A stretch of 64,000 bases of DNA, taken from assembly GCA_963799065.1 (NCBI GenBank), contig CAWCVJ010000003.1, positions 569,573-633,572 of the forward strand, read 5' to 3'. The translations under genes were made by a program, and so were the position numbers. A model generated the notes under the pieces. It saw nothing but the letters and a program-made list of their open reading frames with translations, had not been told where the DNA came from and made no database searches. Below, piece by piece: positions 59,288 through 64,000 of the stretch; position 1 is the first letter of the stretch, and every line of letters starts with the position of its first letter. This DNA is from Terriglobia bacterium (GTDB lineage: Bacteria > Acidobacteriota > Terriglobia > Terriglobales > Acidobacteriaceae).

Positions 59288-61351
59288 ATGAGACTGGTTC
59301 GACTGCTTCTTCCCTTCGTATTCCTTCCCTTCTCCGTGGCTGCACAGACCAGTCCCGTCTTGAACTTGATGCCGCTACCAGCGAGCGTTCAGCCTGGTTC
59401 TGGGCAATTGCTTATCACTCCTAATTTTTCCGTCGGCGTCGATGGCTACTCTGAGCCGCGGTTGGAGCGGGCGGAAGAGCGCTTTCTGGATCACTTGCGG
59501 ATCAAGACGGGCATGTTGAAAACGAACATGTCGATTGCGCCAGCTGCTTCTGCAATCCTCGTCATTCATGTTGGCCATGCCAGCAAGGAAGTACAAGAAC
59601 TGAGCGAGGATGAATCGTATACCTTGCAGGTGACGCCTGCGGGGGCGAAGCTGAACGCGGACACGCCGCTGGGGGCGCTTCGCGGATTCCAGACTTTTCT
59701 ACAACTTGTGCAGATTACGGCTACGGGGTTTGGCGTGCCAGCGGTCACGATTCAAGATGCGCCGCGTTTTCCCTGGCGCGGACTGATGATCGACGTTTCG
59801 CGGCATTTCTTTTCTCTGGATGTTCTCAAGCGCAATCTCGATGGCATGGAAGCGGTGAAGCTGAACGTTTTTCACTGGCATTTGTCTGACAATCAGGGTT
59901 TCCGGGTGGAGAGCAAGAAATTTCCCAAGCTGCAGGAGATGGGGTCGGGCGGCCGGTATTACACGCAAGAGGAAGTGCGTGAGGTGATCGCATACGCGCG
60001 GGATCGCGGCATCCGCGTGGTGCCGGAGTTCGATATGCCGGGGCATTCGACGGCTTGGTTCGTGGGCTATCCGGAACAGGCGAGTGGGCCGGGGCCTTAC
60101 ACCATTGAAGGGCAATGGGGAGTTTTCGATCCGGCGATGGATGTGACTGAAGAGCGCACGTACAAATTCCTGGATGAGTTTATTGGCGAGATGGCGAAGC
60201 TTTTTCCGGATCAGTTTTTTCATATTGGCGGGGATGAGGTGAACGGCAAGCAGTGGGATGAGAATGCCAAGATTCAGGCGTTCATGAAGTCGCGTGGGAT
60301 TAAGACGCACGACGACCTGCAGGCATATTTCAATTCGCACATTCAGGCGATTGTGAGCAAGCATGGAAAAACGATGGAAGGGTGGGATGAGATTCTGCGC
60401 CCCGATCTGCCGAAGGACGTGGTCATCCAATCATGGCGGGGACAGGATTCGCTGGCGAACGCGGCGCAGCAAGGATATCGTGGGTTGCTTTCGTCGGGAT
60501 ATTACCTCGACTTGATGTGGCCTGCGTCGCAGCATTATGCGGTCGATCCGATGACCGGAGCGACGGCGAACTTGGATGCGGACGGGAAGCAACGAATTCT
60601 GGGCGGAGAAGCCTGTGAGTGGTCGGAGTATGCTTCGCCGGAAAATCTGGATTCGCGTATCTGGCCGCGCGCGGCGGCGATTGCCGAACGTTTGTGGTCG
60701 CCGCAAAGCGTGGCCGATGTGAACTCGATGTATGCGCGATTGGAATACGTGAGCCTCGACTTGAATGGTCTGGGCCTGACCCATCGCAGCAGTTATGAGC
60801 CAATGCTACGGCGCCTGGCGGGAGACGGCGATGTGGATGCGCTGCGAGTGCTGGCTGATGTGGTTGAGCCGGTGAAGAACTATGATCGCGAGGAGTTGGC
60901 GAAGACTCCGATGACCAGCGCGACGCCGCTCAATCGCCTGATCGATGCGGCTCGACCGGAAAGCGATACGGCGCGTGAATTTTCTGCGAGTGTGGATAAA
61001 TTGCTGGCGGGGCGGCTTGATCCCGATGGAAAGGCACAGATGCGGGCGAGGCTCGAACTTTGGCGGGACAACGATGCGCGCTTGCAGCCGACGATCCGCG
61101 GGTCTTTTCTGCTGCAGGAGGACGCGACGCTTTCGCAGAATTTATCGGCGTTGGGCGTGATCGGCTTGCAAGCGATGGATGCGATGGATGGCGGTCAGCC
61201 GTTGTCCGATGATTGGAAGTCGCAGCCACTGGCGTTTCTGAAAGAAGCGGAAAAACCGAGCGCGCAGCTTTTGCTGATGGTCGCGCCGGCAGTAGAGAAG
61301 ATGGTCGAAGGTGGCGTGGCCGTGGCATCGGCGACGAAGGAGAATCCGTGA
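59288..61351 (+). CDS. beta-N-acetylhexosaminidase (GH20)
   Basis: PRFPWRGLMIDVSRHFF, NVFHWHLSDNQGFR, PEFDMPGHS and HIGGDEV (catalytic D-E) are present, with a signal peptide. Confidence 0.9.
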   Translation: MRLVRLLLPFVFLPFSVAAQTSPVLNLMPLPASVQPGSGQLLITPNFSVGVDGYSEPRLERAEERFLDHLRIKTGMLKTNMSIAPAASAILVIHVGHASKEVQELSEDESYTLQVTPAGAKLNADTPLGALRGFQTFLQLVQITATGFGVPAVTIQDAPRFPWRGLMIDVSRHFFSLDVLKRNLDGMEAVKLNVFHWHLSDNQGFRVESKKFPKLQEMGSGGRYYTQEEVREVIAYARDRGIRVVPEFDMPGHSTAWFVGYPEQASGPGPYTIEGQWGVFDPAMDVTEERTYKFLDEFIGEMAKLFPDQFFHIGGDEVNGKQWDENAKIQAFMKSRGIKTHDDLQAYFNSHIQAIVSKHGKTMEGWDEILRPDLPKDVVIQSWRGQDSLANAAQQGYRGLLSSGYYLDLMWPASQHYAVDPMTGATANLDADGKQRILGGEACEWSEYASPENLDSRIWPRAAAIAERLWSPQSVADVNSMYARLEYVSLDLNGLGLTHRSSYEPMLRRLAGDGDVDALRVLADVVEPVKNYDREELAKTPMTSATPLNRLIDAARPESDTAREFSASVDKLLAGRLDPDGKAQMRARLELWRDNDARLQPTIRGSFLLQEDATLSQNLSALGVIGLQAMDAMDGGQPLSDDWKSQPLAFLKEAEKPSAQLLLMVAPAVEKMVEGGVAVASATKENP

Positions 61352-62034
61352 AGCCAAGCAAGGTTTTCGTCCTGATCATGCTGTGCTGTGTAGTTGCGTC
61401 GGCAAAGGTTGTCGCGAAGAAGGTCGCTTGCAGCGGGACACGCTACGAATATCAATTCTTCGATCCTTCCGGGGATGGTCCATTTCCTGCGATCTTGCTA
61501 TTGCACGGGGCTGGCGACGATGCGCGCAACTTCATCGACGAATGGACGCATCTGGCGAAGCGCGAGCATATTGTGCTGATCGCTCCGCAACTCAATCGCG
61601 ATCCCAAGTTTGAAGACGTTGCATTGCCGGTGTTTCGCTGCATCATCGACGACGCAAAATCTCAGGCAAAGATCGATGAGAAGCGCATTTACTTGTTCGG
61701 CCATTCCGCGGGTGGATATCTCGCCTATGACGGGGCCACGCTGGACTCGCAATACTATGCAGCAGCGGCAATTCACGGCATGGAAATCAATGCCGATTAC
61801 ACCTGGATCGTGACGAAGGCGCAGCGCAAGACTCCGATCGCAATCTATATCGGTGATCACGATCAGTTCTTTTCCGTGGAGCGAGTGAGAGCGACGCGCG
61901 ATCTTTTAGTGAACGCCGGTTTCCCGGTGCACTACGTCGAGCTCAAGCATCACGACCACAACTACTACGATCTAGCTAAGCAGATTAATGAAGACGCTTG
62001 GAATTTTATGAAGGGCGTGCGGCTGCCGCAGTAA
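61348..62034 (+). CDS. alpha/beta hydrolase (esterase), secreted
   Basis: GTG start overlaps the GH20 stop (GTGA) after GAAGGAGA. LLLHGAGDD and the GHSAGG nucleophile elbow are present. Confidence 0.7.
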   Translation: MKPSKVFVLIMLCCVVASAKVVAKKVACSGTRYEYQFFDPSGDGPFPAILLLHGAGDDARNFIDEWTHLAKREHIVLIAPQLNRDPKFEDVALPVFRCIIDDAKSQAKIDEKRIYLFGHSAGGYLAYDGATLDSQYYAAAAIHGMEINADYTWIVTKAQRKTPIAIYIGDHDQFFSVERVRATRDLLVNAGFPVHYVELKHHDHNYYDLAKQINEDAWNFMKGVRLPQ

Positions 62035-62037
62035 CAG

Positions 62038-63393
62038 CTAGGGCTGCACCGGACTTGAAAGTTTGTGCGTCGGCCCGATTTCCACGTCCACCTGCGAGTT
62101 GCGGTCGAAGGTTACGTCGCGTCCGTGGGCGAGGAAGCGAGTGTAAATCAGGCGAGCCGTGCCGATGGAGCCGATCACGCCGCCCACGATGCGAGAGCCG
62201 GTGGAAATCGCAACGATACGCGTGATGAGGCCGAAGCCGTTGCTGGCGGTCGCGGCGTGGCTGATGCCGCCGTCGGAGTCGGTGAAAGCGGAAGCGGCGA
62301 GGAGACCCATCGCCAACGGGAGCGCGATGCCTTTGTTCGTGTCCGGGCTGACGCCACCTTCCGCGTCGAGCTTTAAGTGACCGCCTTGGGAGCCGTCGAG
62401 CGCGGTGGGAACGCCGGCGACTTGCTGCGCGGGGGCGTTGGCGAAGTCCACCTGATTGAAACTGAAGCGAAGGGCGCCATTGCGTCCGCGACTCTTTGCG
62501 GCTTGCGCGTGCAGCACCCGGCCACGCAGGACAGCTCCCTGCGGAATTTCGACTTTCCCTTGCGGATCGAGGAGCGGCTGAGTCACGACCGCAGCAACAG
62601 GATCATCCTGCCGGGAAGTCCTGGAGCTAAGATCGACCGCGAGCCGCGCATGAACCGTGGCGGATTGCTCAAGTTTCTGCGGTGGTTCTTTTTGCGGCGG
62701 ATCATGTTTCGCGCGATTCTGGGCGGCATCGAGCGGAGCGGGGGTCAGTGACGAGCCCGGCGGCACAATCGGCTGGAGCAGGGTCAGGTCATACTGCGTT
62801 CCCGCTTCAATTGCCTGAGGATGCCATGGCAATTGGGCGAAGATGGCTTTCTTAATTCGATCCCACTTGCCGGGTGCGCGAACGTCGTTAAGGGCTTGGT
62901 CTTTCTGCTGGTTGAAGCTGGCCCAGGCTTGGGCGAACAGGGATTTGTGCGGTGCGGTGGAACCCTGGAAGCGCACCACGTCGGAGCCTTGCTGGGCCGG
63001 AGCCGTTTCGAGGGCAAGGAGTTGTCCACTGGCCAGTTGTACGTGGTCGAACTGAAGCGTCGCTTCTCGCAGAGGAGTGAAATCGCCATGCGATACGGCG
63101 TCGAGACGCTTGTTCCGGCTGACGGGAGTTACAGCGATGATTTTGCCTTCTACAACAGAGCCAGCGGGAAGCAAGAGCTGGGTGGAACTATAGAACGGCT
63201 CCACGGTGCGGGCAAGGGCTTTCGCGCCCACTTTTATCTTAGACGCTGCCTCGAGTTGGACGCGGAGAATAGGTGGAACCGCCGGCGCGGATTTGTCGCT
63301 CTGGCCATAACACAGCGCAGAGCCCAGGGCCAGGGAACACAGAACTGGGTAGAGTAAATTTCGATGCAGCATCATGCGGCTCCAAGGGCTCAT
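62038..63393 (-). CDS. hypothetical secreted protein with an internal duplication
   Basis: Signal peptide LLYPVLCSLALGSALCYGQ. Two similar modules are present: LLLPAGSVVEGKII...LQFDHVQLA and VEIPQGAVLRGRVL...LRFSFNQVDFA. The start is uncertain (63393, 63375 or 63372). Confidence 0.5.
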   Translation of the reverse strand: MSPWSRMMLHRNLLYPVLCSLALGSALCYGQSDKSAPAVPPILRVQLEAASKIKVGAKALARTVEPFYSSTQLLLPAGSVVEGKIIAVTPVSRNKRLDAVSHGDFTPLREATLQFDHVQLASGQLLALETAPAQQGSDVVRFQGSTAPHKSLFAQAWASFNQQKDQALNDVRAPGKWDRIKKAIFAQLPWHPQAIEAGTQYDLTLLQPIVPPGSSLTPAPLDAAQNRAKHDPPQKEPPQKLEQSATVHARLAVDLSSRTSRQDDPVAAVVTQPLLDPQGKVEIPQGAVLRGRVLHAQAAKSRGRNGALRFSFNQVDFANAPAQQVAGVPTALDGSQGGHLKLDAEGGVSPDTNKGIALPLAMGLLAASAFTDSDGGISHAATASNGFGLITRIVAISTGSRIVGGVIGSIGTARLIYTRFLAHGRDVTFDRNSQVDVEIGPTHKLSSPVQP

Positions 63394-63423
63394 CTGCGAA
63401 AAGGACGGTCGGATTCCGCGAGC

Positions 63424-64000
63424 TTATTGCTTGAAAAGTTTGTGGCGAACATCAGGCCAGAATTCCTTCACCTCGTCGAAGAAGGTATCGAGCGCGAGTT
63501 GCTGACCCCATTTTTTCATATTATCGCCGACGGTGCGCTGCGCGTCAGGATAGTAAATATTGGAAATGCCAGCGGCTATTCCATTGCCCGCGATTTCCGA
63601 GATGTTGAACTGACTCGTTCCGGCGTCGGTGCGGGTGATGACTTCGCGGCTGATGGCGTATTTCGTGCGCTTCCAAAAGCCGCCACGGCCCATCACGAAG
63701 TAGCGGGGATCCTGATGCAGCACCGAAGGAAATATGGCTTCGGTCATCATGTTGCCGATGGCCTGGTCGGCGAAGGCTCCGCCGTAGTACTTGCCGAAGC
63801 CGACCGCACCTACGCCGAAATCCGGGTACTGCACATTCGCCATGGAAATTCCGGCGAAGACTCCAGCGACCAGGAAGGCCGATGGGTCGAAGGAATCCTC
63901 GAAGGCGAGTTTGAACTTCGCACCGGTGCTCAGAGGCTTGATGACACCACCGAGTTCGTCGGAGCGATAGTTCGGGATGACCCACAGAATGCGATGCTGG
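63424..64000 (-). CDS. hypothetical protein (N-terminus runs off the right edge)
   Basis: The listed ORF 63424..63843 stays open upstream in frame to the window end. My translation is ..QHRILWVIPNYRSDELGGVIKPLSTGAKFKLAFEDSFDPSAFLVAGVFAGISMANVQ... Confidence 0.5.
   Translation of the reverse strand, partial: QHRILWVIPNYRSDELGGVIKPLSTGAKFKLAFEDSFDPSAFLVAGVFAGISMANVQYPDFGVGAVGFGKYYGGAFADQAIGNMMTEAIFPSVLHQDPRYFVMGRGGFWKRTKYAISREVITRTDAGTSQFNISEIAGNGIAAGISNIYYPDAQRTVGDNMKKWGQQLALDTFFDEVKEFWPDVRHKLFKQ

Overview
This is a GC-rich bacterial chromosomal segment. By inference it comes from an Acidobacteriota (Terriglobia-like) genome: it carries a PEGA protein, a CarboxypepD_reg-type TonB-dependent receptor, paralogous secreted VWA proteins, a PEP-CTERM protein and hopanoid hpnH. 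All product calls rest on my own motif and family recognition in the translated ORFs. No database search was possible. I support about 70 CDS and one tRNA-Arg(UCU). I found no rRNA, CRISPR array, transposase or integrase. Core genes are gyrB, gyrA, metK, ahcY, icd, an acyl-CoA dehydrogenase, hpnH, mglA, a GH20 hexosaminidase and a GT39 glycosyltransferase. gyrB and gyrA are separated by about 10.5 kb of accessory-looking DNA that holds VapBC and AbrB/Doc toxin-antitoxin pairs. The main non-routine signals are: (1) a GIY-YIG nuclease cassette bracketed by two near-identical composite palindromes 540 bp apart, built from a roughly 48-nt unit that also occurs as solo intergenic copies; (2) two further families of short interspersed intergenic repeats; (3) an AT-richer two-gene islet next to gyrB, made of an ImmA/IrrE-type metallopeptidase and a membrane coiled-coil protein with no XRE partner; (4) a 600-bp ORF-poor spacer upstream of gyrA with a stop-interrupted small ORF and a perfect hairpin; (5) a truncated stand-alone GAF paralog directly downstream of a GAF-GGDEF gene; (6) an orphan mglA with no mglB. 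I found nothing I can confidently call a complete new multi-gene system. The GIY-YIG/palindrome module and the ImmA islet are the best candidates.
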